Shown here: one piece after another, positions 11,096-21,032 of the stretch
How positions within the stretch are numbered: the stretch's first letter is position 1
How the letters are laid out: each line of letters starts with the position of its first letter
Assembly (NCBI GenBank): GCA_021792655.1
Contig: JAJYUG010000001.1
Span: 13,090-77,089 of the forward strand
DNA length: 64,000 nucleotides
DNA from: Thermoplasmata archaeon
Lineage (GTDB): Archaea; Thermoplasmatota; Thermoplasmata; Thermoplasmatales; Thermoplasmataceae
Reading direction: 5' to 3'
Program-made: the position numbers and the translations under genes
Notes under the pieces: model-generated
What the model was told of the DNA's origin: nothing
What the model saw: the letters and a program-made list of their open reading frames with translations, nothing else
Databases searched by the model: none

Positions 11096-12358
11096 ATGGA
11101 AGATTTTCTGTTAAGTGAAAGTGAGTTAGAAATAAAGCTTAAGGCTAGAAAGGTGGCCAAATCTATTCCGCCGGAACTCATAAGATCTATAGAAAGCGAG
11201 ACCAAGAAATTTCCAAGGGAATTCGTTGATATAAACGCGAAGGCAAATATGCTTGGGTTGAGATTTTCAAAAGAATATGGCGGGAGAGGAGCATCCTGGG
11301 TTGCTGACATGGCAGCAGTGGAAGAGATGGGATACCTTGGATTCACTCTAAGCTGTATGTATTCTCTCGGCACTATTGTCGGTGAGCCCATAAGCAAATT
11401 TGGCACAAAGGATCAAAAGGAAAAGTACCTTAGAGGCATTACTTCAGGGCAGCTCTATGGAGCAGAAGCTATTACGGAACCTTCCGGCGGATCGGATCTC
11501 TTTGGCATGATGAAAACAACGGCAACAAAAAAGGGAAAATCTTTCATCCTTAACGGACAGAAGCGTTTCATAGTTGGGGGTCAGGGGGCTGACTTCTTTG
11601 TTACTTATGCAATAACAGACCAAAGCGCGCCTAACAGGACAAGGGGTGTGAGTGCTTTCATAGTTGACAGGAACACGCCAGGGTTGAAGATCGAAACTAT
11701 GTACGGTCTGATGGGAAACAAAGGAGGTGGAACCGCGAGAATTGTTTTCCGGGATGCTGAAATCCCCGAGGAAAATCTCATAGGGGCATTGAATGGTGGC
11801 TATGACATCTTCAATATCATGATGATCCCTGAGAGGTTGACGACTGCGTCCGGCTCCATTGGCGTTGGTATGGCGGCACTCGAAATCGCAACCGGCTATG
11901 CGCTGAGGAGAAAGGCTTTCGGCAGCAAACTCATAGAACACGAAGGTGTCAGCTTCAAGATTGCTGAAAGCCTCACCTCTCTTGCAAACTCAGCAGCACT
12001 TGTATACGAGGCAAGCAAGGCAGCTGACGCCTACGAGGCAGGGAGGCTACAAATGGCACATGCACGCAAGCTTATCTCCATGGCCAAACTGAATTCCACG
12101 GAAGCGATGTGGGCTGCTGTGAACTCTGCCATGCAAATAATGGGAGGAATTGGCTACACTACTGTTTACCCCATAGAGAGGCTATTGAGAGATGCACGCC
12201 TTGGACTCATCTGGACCGGCAGCAGTGAAGTAATGAAGATGATAATACAGCATGAATTTGTAAAGGAGATATCCAGGCCTGATTACTGGGAAGGCAAGCG
12301 TGTAGTGGAACAGGACGCCATTGATTTCAAGCTTGTCGAGGAAAAGGTTTACGAATAG
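11096..12358 (+). CDS. Acyl-CoA dehydrogenase
   Basis: AITEPSGGSD, LNGQKRFI, RKAFG, QIMGGIGY, ERLLRDAR motifs. Confidence 0.94.
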   Translation: MEDFLLSESELEIKLKARKVAKSIPPELIRSIESETKKFPREFVDINAKANMLGLRFSKEYGGRGASWVADMAAVEEMGYLGFTLSCMYSLGTIVGEPISKFGTKDQKEKYLRGITSGQLYGAEAITEPSGGSDLFGMMKTTATKKGKSFILNGQKRFIVGGQGADFFVTYAITDQSAPNRTRGVSAFIVDRNTPGLKIETMYGLMGNKGGGTARIVFRDAEIPEENLIGALNGGYDIFNIMMIPERLTTASGSIGVGMAALEIATGYALRRKAFGSKLIEHEGVSFKIAESLTSLANSAALVYEASKAADAYEAGRLQMAHARKLISMAKLNSTEAMWAAVNSAMQIMGGIGYTTVYPIERLLRDARLGLIWTGSSEVMKMIIQHEFVKEISRPDYWEGKRVVEQDAIDFKLVEEKVYE

Positions 12359-12597
12359 ATAGTAACTGATGCAAGCGTACCCTCGATCGTGCCTCAAACT
12401 ATGGACACCGGGGATATTTCTTTGCCTTCACGGCAGGCTGAATGATTCCAATTAGCTGTATTCATCAGCCGATTTCTATCTATTTCTTCATTTATGAGTT
12501 ACCATTGTCCACATCCATGATTGCGTCCAGGTGCTTCATTACTTGGAATTGGTGATTGCAAACAGCTGGATTATTGTTTAAGCAACAAGGGGGCATT

Positions 12598-13782
12598 CTA
12601 GGAAACAGTCGCGTTCGAGTCAGCTTCCATTTTCATAAAATTTGGTACCACGATAAATGCCAGTCCTGCCAGGGGAAAGAGGAAAATACCTATGTAGAAA
12701 AGTATCACATTTACCGGGAAATAAAGCACAACAAATGAAAACAGGGCAGCCATTGCAGGAGTTGACCCACCAATGAAAATTCTCAGGAATGCCATAATCT
12801 TCCCATATATGTTCGTGGGAACAACACTCATCAGTTTTGCGATAAGCGGAACATTAATCAAGGGCAAAATGAGGCCTAAAAGTGTTGTGTCCAGAATGTC
12901 TATTATAGCACTTCTACTGATCCCAAGGATCAGAAAAATTGGAGGATAAAGAAGAACAAGCAGGGATATCCTGAATGGGTTATTGATATGTTTCCTGATA
13001 GCATTAGCCAGAAAGGAACCGATTATTCCGCCTATTGATATTGAGGCTACAAATATAGTGTAGAATATGGCGCTTGAATGCAGCACAATGTCAAACAATC
13101 CCGATGAATAAACTTCTATTGCCATAAATAAGCCATTGAGGAAAAAAGCCATTGCCAGAAAACCAAGAATCTTGCGGTAAAAAATGATAGCTGATGCGAG
13201 TTCCTCCGTCGCCTTTTTATGCGACTCCTTTGGCTTTTCCTCAAATACCGGGGCTGAAAGAGCAACGGAGGCTATGCTTATTGCAATCAGTATTAAAGGA
13301 AAACTATGTACAAAGTATATGATGGATAACCCGCCAAGCGCTGTTCCTATCAGGGATGCAGAGTATATTGCAGCTTGGTTGAACGAATTAGAAGTCATGA
13401 ATTGTTCCTGGCTCAAGTGTTTCTTGATTGTCGCAGAAAAACTGTCTCCCTTCATGGTTACACCCAGCGCTATCAGCGTTGTACCTGAGTATACTGCCAG
13501 AAGGGAATATCCCGGGAGAATCAAAAGAGGGCCGATCAGGATGATGATGGAACTGATCATGCTAATCGTGGTACTGTTCATCCTGTCTATCATGTGACCG
13601 ATCGGAATTGAGGCGATAAGCTCAACTGCAAGGTATATGGTTGCTATCATTCCCGCCAGGAATACAGAGTGGTAAGTCTGAAGAACCACCCACAGGAAGA
13701 ATAACACATATGAATTGAAGAGAATGCTTGCCAGCATCTTTGAGGCCATGAACCTGTAGAAAATAACGGGAATCCTTGGCAT
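12598..13782 (-). CDS. MFS transporter
   Basis: About 12 TM segments; GHMIDRMN loop motif. Confidence 0.85.
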   Translation of the reverse strand: MPRIPVIFYRFMASKMLASILFNSYVLFFLWVVLQTYHSVFLAGMIATIYLAVELIASIPIGHMIDRMNSTTISMISSIIILIGPLLILPGYSLLAVYSGTTLIALGVTMKGDSFSATIKKHLSQEQFMTSNSFNQAAIYSASLIGTALGGLSIIYFVHSFPLILIAISIASVALSAPVFEEKPKESHKKATEELASAIIFYRKILGFLAMAFFLNGLFMAIEVYSSGLFDIVLHSSAIFYTIFVASISIGGIIGSFLANAIRKHINNPFRISLLVLLYPPIFLILGISRSAIIDILDTTLLGLILPLINVPLIAKLMSVVPTNIYGKIMAFLRIFIGGSTPAMAALFSFVVLYFPVNVILFYIGIFLFPLAGLAFIVVPNFMKMEADSNATVS

Positions 13783-14075
13783 TCGTCTGGCTTAACGGGT
13801 TTATAAATATGATTCTTTGCCTTTGCTTCTGGGTCTGAACCGATTCGTTTACGATCCCTTTCATTTTTTCTGCATGCTTGTAAGCAAGGGTGTCACAAAA
13901 CAGGGATAATGTTCAGCAACTTGAAAAAGCCAACGCCATTAACCTAAATTAAACAAACTACGGATCAACATAGAACCGGGAAGCGTTTATTATCAGGAAA
14001 AAAACCATGCATTATGCATCGGATAAAGTAAAAGAAGAGTCACGCATAATGAATCTGTGCTGGAGTTAAGCAGAT

Positions 14076-14606
14076 TTACAACCCAATCTTTCCAGCGATC
14101 TCGTTTCCCTTTGTTATTTTAATTTTGCACGGCGTGGGAAGTTTGAATGAAGCCTTGTGCAATGCATCCTTCAGTTGCTTTGCCCCGGCAGAATTTATTC
14201 TTGCAACCATTATGATTTCGTTTTCGTAGACTCTTGCTGCAGTGCCTACCGGTCTGCCGAAAGAGAGCTTCATACCGCTTGAAATTCTGTCTGCGCCGGC
14301 TCCTGTTGCCATCTTATGTTCCCTCAGTACCTGGTGTGGATAAGGCCTTATCTGCAGGAAATAACCCTCGGCGCCAAAATTCTCAAGGAGTTTCCTGTTT
14401 ATAGAAATCCTGGCAGCCTCAAGTGCGGTATGCCTGATCTGGCATGCTTCCTCAGCCACCAGCTGCATCTCTATATCAAAGTCTGCTTTCTGGTTTCCCT
14501 GGACAAATGTAGTAATCTTTGGATATGGTACGCCGCCCATGAATTCTCTTCTTGTGTATGCAGGGCCTGAAATGTGTGTATACATTCGAGCTGGTTTTCG
14601 TGACAT
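14076..14606 (-). CDS. rpl10e: 50S ribosomal protein L10e (uL16)
   Basis: QIRHTALEAAR, LREHKMATGAGADRIS.GM..SFGRPVGTAARV. Confidence 0.97.
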   Translation of the reverse strand: MSRKPARMYTHISGPAYTRREFMGGVPYPKITTFVQGNQKADFDIEMQLVAEEACQIRHTALEAARISINRKLLENFGAEGYFLQIRPYPHQVLREHKMATGAGADRISSGMKLSFGRPVGTAARVYENEIIMVARINSAGAKQLKDALHKASFKLPTPCKIKITKGNEIAGKIGL

Positions 14607-14803
14607 ATTATCATGGGATAGGTTTCTCGGATATAAAAATTAGGTGTTATCCGTCAACTCACCTTCAACCATTCACTTCATGCCTGGGTGGAGCTGTTTG
14701 TACAAGCTGATTCCGGAACCATCTTGAGAATTAGTGGAATTGTGGTATAATTGGTATCAAATGTATCAATAACATTTAATATACTATTTTCACTTATACC
14801 GTC

Positions 14804-14965
14804 ATGGACAGAAAACCAATAATTGACGTAACTCACGTCTCCGCCAGAGGGACATCTTACAGGATCACTATCCCGAGAAAAATCGCAAAGAAGCTTGGTC
14901 TGAACGACGGGGATATACTGGCATTCTTCGACGATGATGGCGTAAAAATCGATAAGATTCAATAA
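14804..14965 (+). CDS. AbrB/MazE/SpoVT-family small DNA-binding protein (53 aa, not in the ORF track)
   Basis: Manual translation MDRKPIIDVTHVSARGTSYRITIPRKIAKKLGLNDGDILAFFDDDGVKIDKIQ contains the G.S..ITIP..I...LGL..GD.L signature; TATA-like TTTAATATA about 25 nt upstream. Confidence 0.88.
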   Translation: MDRKPIIDVTHVSARGTSYRITIPRKIAKKLGLNDGDILAFFDDDGVKIDKIQ

Positions 14966-15055
14966 ACCAGTGACATCCTTCCCGCTAACCCAGTGGGTTC
15001 CCGCTTAAGCTACCGGAGTTGCCATCGGCGTATCTCCAATCTCCACGGGCGTGAA

Positions 15056-15247
15056 TTAGGGAAAGGTTCTCTTCATATCCGGTATTTCATCCTGCCGTGA
15101 GTTGTAGTTCACCTTCTCCCCAGATCTGCAATCATATGTCCTCTGCACAAGCATTGCGCTGTAAAGGTCACGGCAAAGATCAAGTGTGGGGTACAGCATA
15201 TCGATCTGCGCATCTGTCGGATATATGCGGAACCTATTGGTTCTCAT
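15056..15247 (-). pseudogene. tnpB: tnpB remnant: N-terminal HTH joined directly to the 3' end
   Basis: RFRIYPTDAQ...CRDLY is the IS605 OrfB N-terminus; followed by TTCACGCCCGTGGAGATT (FTPVEI, typical TnpB tail). Confidence 0.85.
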
Positions 15248-15249
15248 TG

Positions 15250-15654
15250 CGCTCTACTTCATTCAAATCCACACATCTTTTCTGGGTATCAAGCATAACG
15301 TGCCCGGAGGTAGCGAGAAAGTATGAGGCTGATCAGAATTTCCCTTTCACAGTTCTTTCTTAACATTGGGAAATCTTCGCTGTATCTCCTCCAATGTAAT
15401 TGTCTTGACAGCGTTGACGGACTGTGGAATATTGATCAATGGTGACGATTTGAAGTGCATGTGAAAACGATCCTTGTCGCATTCTATCTCAAGCACATCG
15501 AAACTGAATGTTTCAGCCATTTCCCTGGTCGTTGTCTTGAGAAAATCCACCGTGGCATCATTGATAAATACCTTCTTCCTGTATTTCAAGACCAGGATGA
15601 AGTGGTAGTATATTGAAGATACAGAATGCGACCTTTATCCAGTTCGTAGTGCAT
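15250..15654 (-). pseudogene. tnpA: Y1 (HUH) transposase pseudogene
   Basis: MHYELDKG, then a frameshift to SHSVSSIYYHFILVLKYRKKVF; HUH mutated (DKDRFH); TGA where W is expected after VKKEL. Confidence 0.85.
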
Positions 15655-15766
15655 AGTTCCGTGATATTCCATACATCGTTGATATTTGGCATGCTTTCAT
15701 CCATTCTCTTGGGAAAGACGAGTTGCAGCTCGCATATGTTAAATTAGTCGTTATGATACGCCTCGC

Positions 15767-16852
15767 GTGAAACTGAACACAAGGAAAATGGTGTTTTCCA
15801 GCGCTCTATTTGCGCTGGGATGGTTCAGCCTCAGCTTTTCATTCCCTCTCCTTGCCATTCGTTATGATTTTGACTACACCATGACTGGGTTCCTGGGCTT
15901 CCTTGTCGCCTATCCCTTTGTTATTGCAGCAATGATAGATATGTACTCGAGCGACAGGGTGATGAACATGCAGATAGTCATCATACCCTTCCTGATGTCC
16001 ATACTGGCCATAATCTTCATATTTCAGTCGAAGGGATTCATCGTAATACTGATAGCAATCACGGACTTGATGGAGGCATTTTACTGGGTTTCAATGGAGA
16101 TGCTCCTTGGATCCGGGGGCGAGAATCTTGAAGCCGAGAAGTATTCCACAGCGTGGGGTGTTCCAAGTGCCATAATGCCTCTGGCAGCAGGGATCATCAT
16201 CCAGTCACTTGGTTTCAGAGTTCTGTTCTTCACATCATTCATATTCATGGCAGCAGGTTCATTTTTTCGGCCGAAGTATAAAGCCAATATCAAGGAAACC
16301 GCAGGTAATGGCTTCGACCTCAGGTTTATTGTGCCGATGATCTTCAACGGAATTGCAGCTGGTTTTGTCTCATATGTACTTGTTCCAATATTGAGGATAC
16401 AGGGCGTAAGTTACGTCCTTATAGGCTTGGCGGTCACTATTCTCGGTGTCTCTTCCGCTGCTGGGTTCGTGCTGATGAATTTCACAGGGAAGAGGAATAT
16501 ATACACAACATCCTCAATATCATGCCTTCTGCTTGCCCTTCCGCTTTTTGTGGGGTTCACAGGTAACCTTCTCCCAATAATGATAATATTGGTTGGTACA
16601 GGGATTGGAAGCTCCATAGCTTTCTCAAAAATACTTGCCTACATTTCTGAAAGATCATCAGCAAAAAAAGGTGTCCTCACGTACGAAGGTTTCTTTGCCC
16701 TTGGCTTCATATTGGGTTCTCTCGCACTCGGTTCTGCATTTCAGGCCTTCGGCAAGATTGCAGTTATAATAGCATTCACGGTTCCAGTTGCATATGCAGT
16801 TTATCTAGTTTACCTGAGATTCTTGGCTCTAGTCAGACTCCTTCCAGTATGA
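15767..16852 (+). CDS. MFS-like transporter
   Basis: 361 aa, about 12 hydrophobic helices in two halves. Confidence 0.8.
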   Translation: MKLNTRKMVFSSALFALGWFSLSFSFPLLAIRYDFDYTMTGFLGFLVAYPFVIAAMIDMYSSDRVMNMQIVIIPFLMSILAIIFIFQSKGFIVILIAITDLMEAFYWVSMEMLLGSGGENLEAEKYSTAWGVPSAIMPLAAGIIIQSLGFRVLFFTSFIFMAAGSFFRPKYKANIKETAGNGFDLRFIVPMIFNGIAAGFVSYVLVPILRIQGVSYVLIGLAVTILGVSSAAGFVLMNFTGKRNIYTTSSISCLLLALPLFVGFTGNLLPIMIILVGTGIGSSIAFSKILAYISERSSAKKGVLTYEGFFALGFILGSLALGSAFQAFGKIAVIIAFTVPVAYAVYLVYLRFLALVRLLPV

Positions 16853-16872
16853 AGGAGCGATAGCCCTTTCTG

Positions 16873-17985
16873 TCAGATTCTTAACGGTCTTCTCTGTTCA
16901 ATTATTATGTTTGCGGGACCCACCGCATCTTTATCAATGATGTGATGGCAATTCACGCACTCGAGTTTCATTCCCTCTCTGATGTAAAAGTTAGCCGATC
17001 CACAGTTAGGGCATGAACTCCTTATCCACAGCATGTCACTGTTCTGCATCAGAGGCTCAGGGATTTTCCTCGAACTTTCTGTCTGTAACTCCAATTTAGG
17101 CTCTTTTGCCGATGTGCCAGCCCCAGGGGCAAGCCTTGTCAGGTTATAAATGCCCAGGAATGACCACATGGTGAGAAAAACGAGTACAACCAGGGCTAAC
17201 ACAGGTGAGGGTGCATAAGCGGTAAGTATCCCCAGCATGGACACAGTGAAACCGGCGGCGAATGAGTGGAGAATGCCAAATCTAAGGTAAATATAATCCA
17301 GTACAAAAAAAGTTAGAAGGTCAAAGAATGCGCCGCTTACTGTCTGAGAAAACAGGGCAGCTGTGATGACCGAAGCAATTATGGCCGGGACAATCACATC
17401 TCTTTTCATCGTTCTGTAAGGTTGCAGAAGATTTGTCAATGACAGTTTTCCCGTCAAGGCAAAATAGGCTAATATCATAATAAATAGAGGCACAAATTGC
17501 AGAATGGCAAGATCGGCAAGGGATGAAACTCCGAGCACAAAGGCTTGCACGCCAAGCGGCATGCTGTATATTGATGGTATGGAATAGCCAGGAATAAACC
17601 CGGAGATAATGGAAATAAAGAACTCGAGAAGTATGAAAATGGAAAAATACTTGAAAAACTCAGTTTCTCCTTTTTCCTTAGCCTTCCTTTCTCCGATGGG
17701 CTTAACAACCAACATGTACAGGGATGCCAGAACCGCAAGGGCAGTCAGTGTGAACAATAGGTAGATAGAGGAAACGCCAAGGGATACTTTGAAAATAATG
17801 TAGGTTGAACTCTGCTGGGTCAATATTGTTTGTATCTGGCTAAAAATGTCCGGGGTCAACACGAAGAAGATTAATACGGCCAATAGAACGGCTGCGACCC
17901 CGAAATAAACGGTAACCAATGAAGGTACGTCTCTTCCTTCTGCCAATGAGGGTTTAGTATCTCGTCGGATATATTTGTTGCCCAA
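16873..17985 (-). CDS. Membrane protein with a C-terminal zinc ribbon
   Basis: About 8 TM segments; CPNC...CVNC near the C-terminus; abuts the upstream AlaX-like gene. Confidence 0.75.
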   Translation of the reverse strand: MGNKYIRRDTKPSLAEGRDVPSLVTVYFGVAAVLLAVLIFFVLTPDIFSQIQTILTQQSSTYIIFKVSLGVSSIYLLFTLTALAVLASLYMLVVKPIGERKAKEKGETEFFKYFSIFILLEFFISIISGFIPGYSIPSIYSMPLGVQAFVLGVSSLADLAILQFVPLFIMILAYFALTGKLSLTNLLQPYRTMKRDVIVPAIIASVITAALFSQTVSGAFFDLLTFFVLDYIYLRFGILHSFAAGFTVSMLGILTAYAPSPVLALVVLVFLTMWSFLGIYNLTRLAPGAGTSAKEPKLELQTESSRKIPEPLMQNSDMLWIRSSCPNCGSANFYIREGMKLECVNCHHIIDKDAVGPANIIIEQRRPLRI

Positions 17986-18702
17986 TCATTCAAGAGTTAT
18001 GGTTACCCTCTTGCTGAGTTTTCCCTTGACCAGTGTTGACTTGAATACAATCTTGCCAACTTCTCCCGTCTTCGCAACCTGTGTTCCTATGTCATGCTGG
18101 ACAGGAAGATCATCTATCTTTACCATCCTTATTCTATCATAGTCAGGTACCTTACCCCTATTAATCCCTACCATCTCCGGATCAGAGGTGAACTGTTCCC
18201 TCGTCACGTATGAGTACTTTACCTCGTAATTTCCCTGAACTATGGCATTAGCATCGCTTTCCAGTTTCCTTAGCTGTTCCTCTGTGAATTCCCCGTCAAA
18301 GTTAAGGTCTATCCAAGCCTGATCGTCATAAGTCTGGTTTATCCTCACAGTTGCGCCCATCAGCTTGTAAGCTAAACCACCAATGATGTAGAGTGCAGTC
18401 CTGAACCGCATGTGAGTATACCTGACATCCCAGTTTACCGTCTGGTGGACGATCTTTCCGACGATATTCTGCGGGTATGTATCCAGAGAAATCAGGTGCA
18501 CCCAGGTGCCATCCTGCCAGGTATCCACAATCTCGTAATCTTTTCCGTCAATCAATACCGACCCTTTGTCATTTGGCTGGCCATCTCCGGTGGGATAAAG
18601 AACTGTTGAATCTACAATAAGATCAGTGAATTCCACAAAAACAACTTTTCCATCACACTCTTTCCTGAATGGATCTGCCTGGTAGAGCAATTCTGTTTTC
18701 AT
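17986..18702 (-). CDS. AlaX-M-like alanyl-tRNA editing domain protein with degenerate Zn site
   Basis: TELLYQAD, STVLYPTGDGQPNDKG, VNWDVRY.HMR, IRMVKI, GT.VAKTGEVG. Confidence 0.85.
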   Translation of the reverse strand: MKTELLYQADPFRKECDGKVVFVEFTDLIVDSTVLYPTGDGQPNDKGSVLIDGKDYEIVDTWQDGTWVHLISLDTYPQNIVGKIVHQTVNWDVRYTHMRFRTALYIIGGLAYKLMGATVRINQTYDDQAWIDLNFDGEFTEEQLRKLESDANAIVQGNYEVKYSYVTREQFTSDPEMVGINRGKVPDYDRIRMVKIDDLPVQHDIGTQVAKTGEVGKIVFKSTLVKGKLSKRVTITLE

Positions 18703-18818
18703 TGCATTGGTGAAGGTTATAACGTTATATATGCTTTTCAGGAAAAATCTTGCTTAATTGATCATGGCTGGTAAGAAGCAATTGCAAATCCTTTTTAGCA
18801 ATAATGGCTTGGATATTC

Positions 18819-19439
18819 ATGGGTTCATTTGAAGTCATAGAACATGAGCAAGATCCAAAAGGAGAACATGGCGAATTCAGGATAATAGCAATAAATTTCA
18901 TTGATCCGGAATTCGTGAAGATAGCTGCTGAAACGGATGTCGATAAAGGGACGCTACTGGATGTAGAGGATGATAAAGTGTTCCTTAACAGGAAACAGAT
19001 TGGCAGAGTGTTGGAGAAGAAGGATGGAAAAAGCATAAGGGTCAGCACCAGTTTTGATATAAAGTACACAGGCGGGTACTCCCTGGACGGCAATACGGTA
19101 TATCTGGACGAACATTTCCCTCAGATATTGAAGATCCACGGTAAGGAGGTTGACGCTAGGGAAAGCATAGGCCTTCACCATGAACTTCCTGAAAAATGGC
19201 TTTCTGACGAGGCTTACGAATATCCATACGCACACGAGGTGGCAACTGGCATAGAAAAAAAGTATGTCGAGAGCTTAGGCGTGAAGTGGAAGGATTACTG
19301 CGACGAAGTTGACAGGAACCTGAGAAATGTGTATAGCAGAAAACTGGAGAAATCCCCGCCTTCCCTAGACCTGGCACCATATCTTTACTGTCGGGACCAG
19401 GAAGCGCTGAAGGAAATTCGAAGAAGCTCGACTAAGTGA
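18819..19439 (+). CDS. Hypothetical protein with a zincin-like HExxE...H motif
   Basis: GGYSLDGNTVYLD, LHHELPE, YPYAHEVA; alternative start at 18804. Confidence 0.7.
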   Translation: MGSFEVIEHEQDPKGEHGEFRIIAINFIDPEFVKIAAETDVDKGTLLDVEDDKVFLNRKQIGRVLEKKDGKSIRVSTSFDIKYTGGYSLDGNTVYLDEHFPQILKIHGKEVDARESIGLHHELPEKWLSDEAYEYPYAHEVATGIEKKYVESLGVKWKDYCDEVDRNLRNVYSRKLEKSPPSLDLAPYLYCRDQEALKEIRRSSTK

Positions 19440-19567
19440 TATACCCATTCTTCGCTAGATGATTCAAGCCCAGGCCCTAAACTAGTTAAAGGTGAAACAT
19501 CAAGCAGGTTGTTGTCTTTCTCATTCATTTCAGGTAACTATTTTAACAGTTTAGCTATGCCTGTGCC

Positions 19568-20884
19568 GTGTCCAACCCAAACCTGGAATATCTGTACGCA
19601 CTGAACAGGGAAGGCGTCAAGCTTGATCTCAGTGTCACGAAGATGTTTTCCTCCATGATTGGGAATCCAGAAAAGGATTTCAGCGCATTTCACGTTGCTG
19701 GAACCAATGGGAAAGGTTCGATCACTTCCTTCATTTACAATGTGATGCAACAGCATACACCTGCAGGGATGTACATTTCCCCTCATCTGGTAACGTTTAA
19801 CGAGAGGATCATGGCAGACGATTCTTTCATCGACGACGAGTATATATCAAAGTTCATTCAGCAGCATATGCCGGAAATAGAAAACTTAAAGCTCACAGAC
19901 AGGAACCCAACATTTTTTGAGGTGACTACCGCGATGGCATTCAAGTATTTTTCAGACCGGCATGTCCGGACGGCATCTGTAGAGGTGGGGCTGGGCGGCA
20001 GGCTCGATTCAACCAACATAGTTGAACCAGAAGTCAGCATAATTGCCAATATCGGTTATGATCACTTCGACAAACTTGGATGCTCTCTTACTTCAATAGC
20101 ATATGAAAAGGCTGGGATAATAAAGAAAAATGTTCCAGTGATACTCCTGGATGACAAAGATGAAGTTGTGAAAACAGTTTCCAGGGTTGCAGATCTTAAT
20201 GACAGCAAACTTATCAGGGTATCCGGTGTCTCATCGGTATTTGATCTTAGAACATGGGAAACAGGGATGTCCTTCGTTCTGAAGACGCCAGTGGACACAT
20301 ATGAGATAAAGACCTCAATGATTGGAGAATTTCAGGTCCGGAATATAGCTGCCGCAGTGCTCGCAATTGAGAATGGAAAATCGATGTCTCCTGACAGAAT
20401 GACAATAGAACGCGGCATATCCCAGGCACGCTGGCCTGCCAGGATGGAGATTATAAGGAACAATCCCCCGGTAATGGTCGATTGCGCCCATAACCCTCCT
20501 GCGGCACATGCGCTGGTCTCATCTTTCAAGAAATTCACCAAAATCAAGCCCACTCTTATTATAGGCATGCTTGAGGACAAGGATTTCTTCTCCTATCTCA
20601 AGATAATTCATGACCTTTCAGATGACCTGATAATTACAACCCCACAGGATACCCCCCGGGCAATGCCCGCGGAGAAACTCGGAAAGGTCGCGACACAGAT
20701 GTTCAAGAACGTGAAGGTCATTGCAGATCCAATAGAAGCATATGAATACGCTACAGCAAACTCAAGCTATGTTCTGGTTGCAGGGTCAATGTACCTTGTG
20801 GGATACATTAAAATGCTTGAAAAATCAAGCATTATGCCCTTCGACAGGCATACTGATTTTCAGACTGCCAAAATTACAATCTGA
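19568..20884 (+). CDS. folC: Folylpolyglutamate/dihydrofolate synthase
   Basis: HVAGTNGKGS, SPHL..FNERI, PTFFE, EVGLGGRLDSTN, EKAGIIK, DCAHN. Confidence 0.95.
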   Translation: MSNPNLEYLYALNREGVKLDLSVTKMFSSMIGNPEKDFSAFHVAGTNGKGSITSFIYNVMQQHTPAGMYISPHLVTFNERIMADDSFIDDEYISKFIQQHMPEIENLKLTDRNPTFFEVTTAMAFKYFSDRHVRTASVEVGLGGRLDSTNIVEPEVSIIANIGYDHFDKLGCSLTSIAYEKAGIIKKNVPVILLDDKDEVVKTVSRVADLNDSKLIRVSGVSSVFDLRTWETGMSFVLKTPVDTYEIKTSMIGEFQVRNIAAAVLAIENGKSMSPDRMTIERGISQARWPARMEIIRNNPPVMVDCAHNPPAAHALVSSFKKFTKIKPTLIIGMLEDKDFFSYLKIIHDLSDDLIITTPQDTPRAMPAEKLGKVATQMFKNVKVIADPIEAYEYATANSSYVLVAGSMYLVGYIKMLEKSSIMPFDRHTDFQTAKITI

Positions 20885-21032
20885 TCATACCCGCTGACAT
20901 TATAAAATGAAATCAACCATGATCTCTTTCGCAGGGAATTGACTTTAATGGGGGAGGTAAAATAATTATCAGATAATGTGTGAGCAAAGTTTATAGTACT
21001 TTACTCTTCTAATCTTTCTTTACTGATACATT

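Larger units (their letters stand above)
14971..15729 (-). mobile_element. Degenerate IS200/IS605-family element (tnpA pseudogene plus internally deleted tnpB)
   Basis: Right end GGGAACCCACTGGGTTAGCGGGAAGGATGTCA on the minus strand ends at 14971; left-end-like GCTGCAAC..GGATGAAAGC near 15729; boundaries approximate. Confidence 0.85.

Noticed and set aside
14678-14962. 94-aa minus-strand ORF
   Set aside because: Shadow of the AbrB-like gene on the plus strand
20885-21032. Replication origin upstream of cdc6
   Set aside because: Only 148 nt with one weak ORB-like string (TTCGCAGGGAA...GGGGGAGG); no repeated ORBs seen
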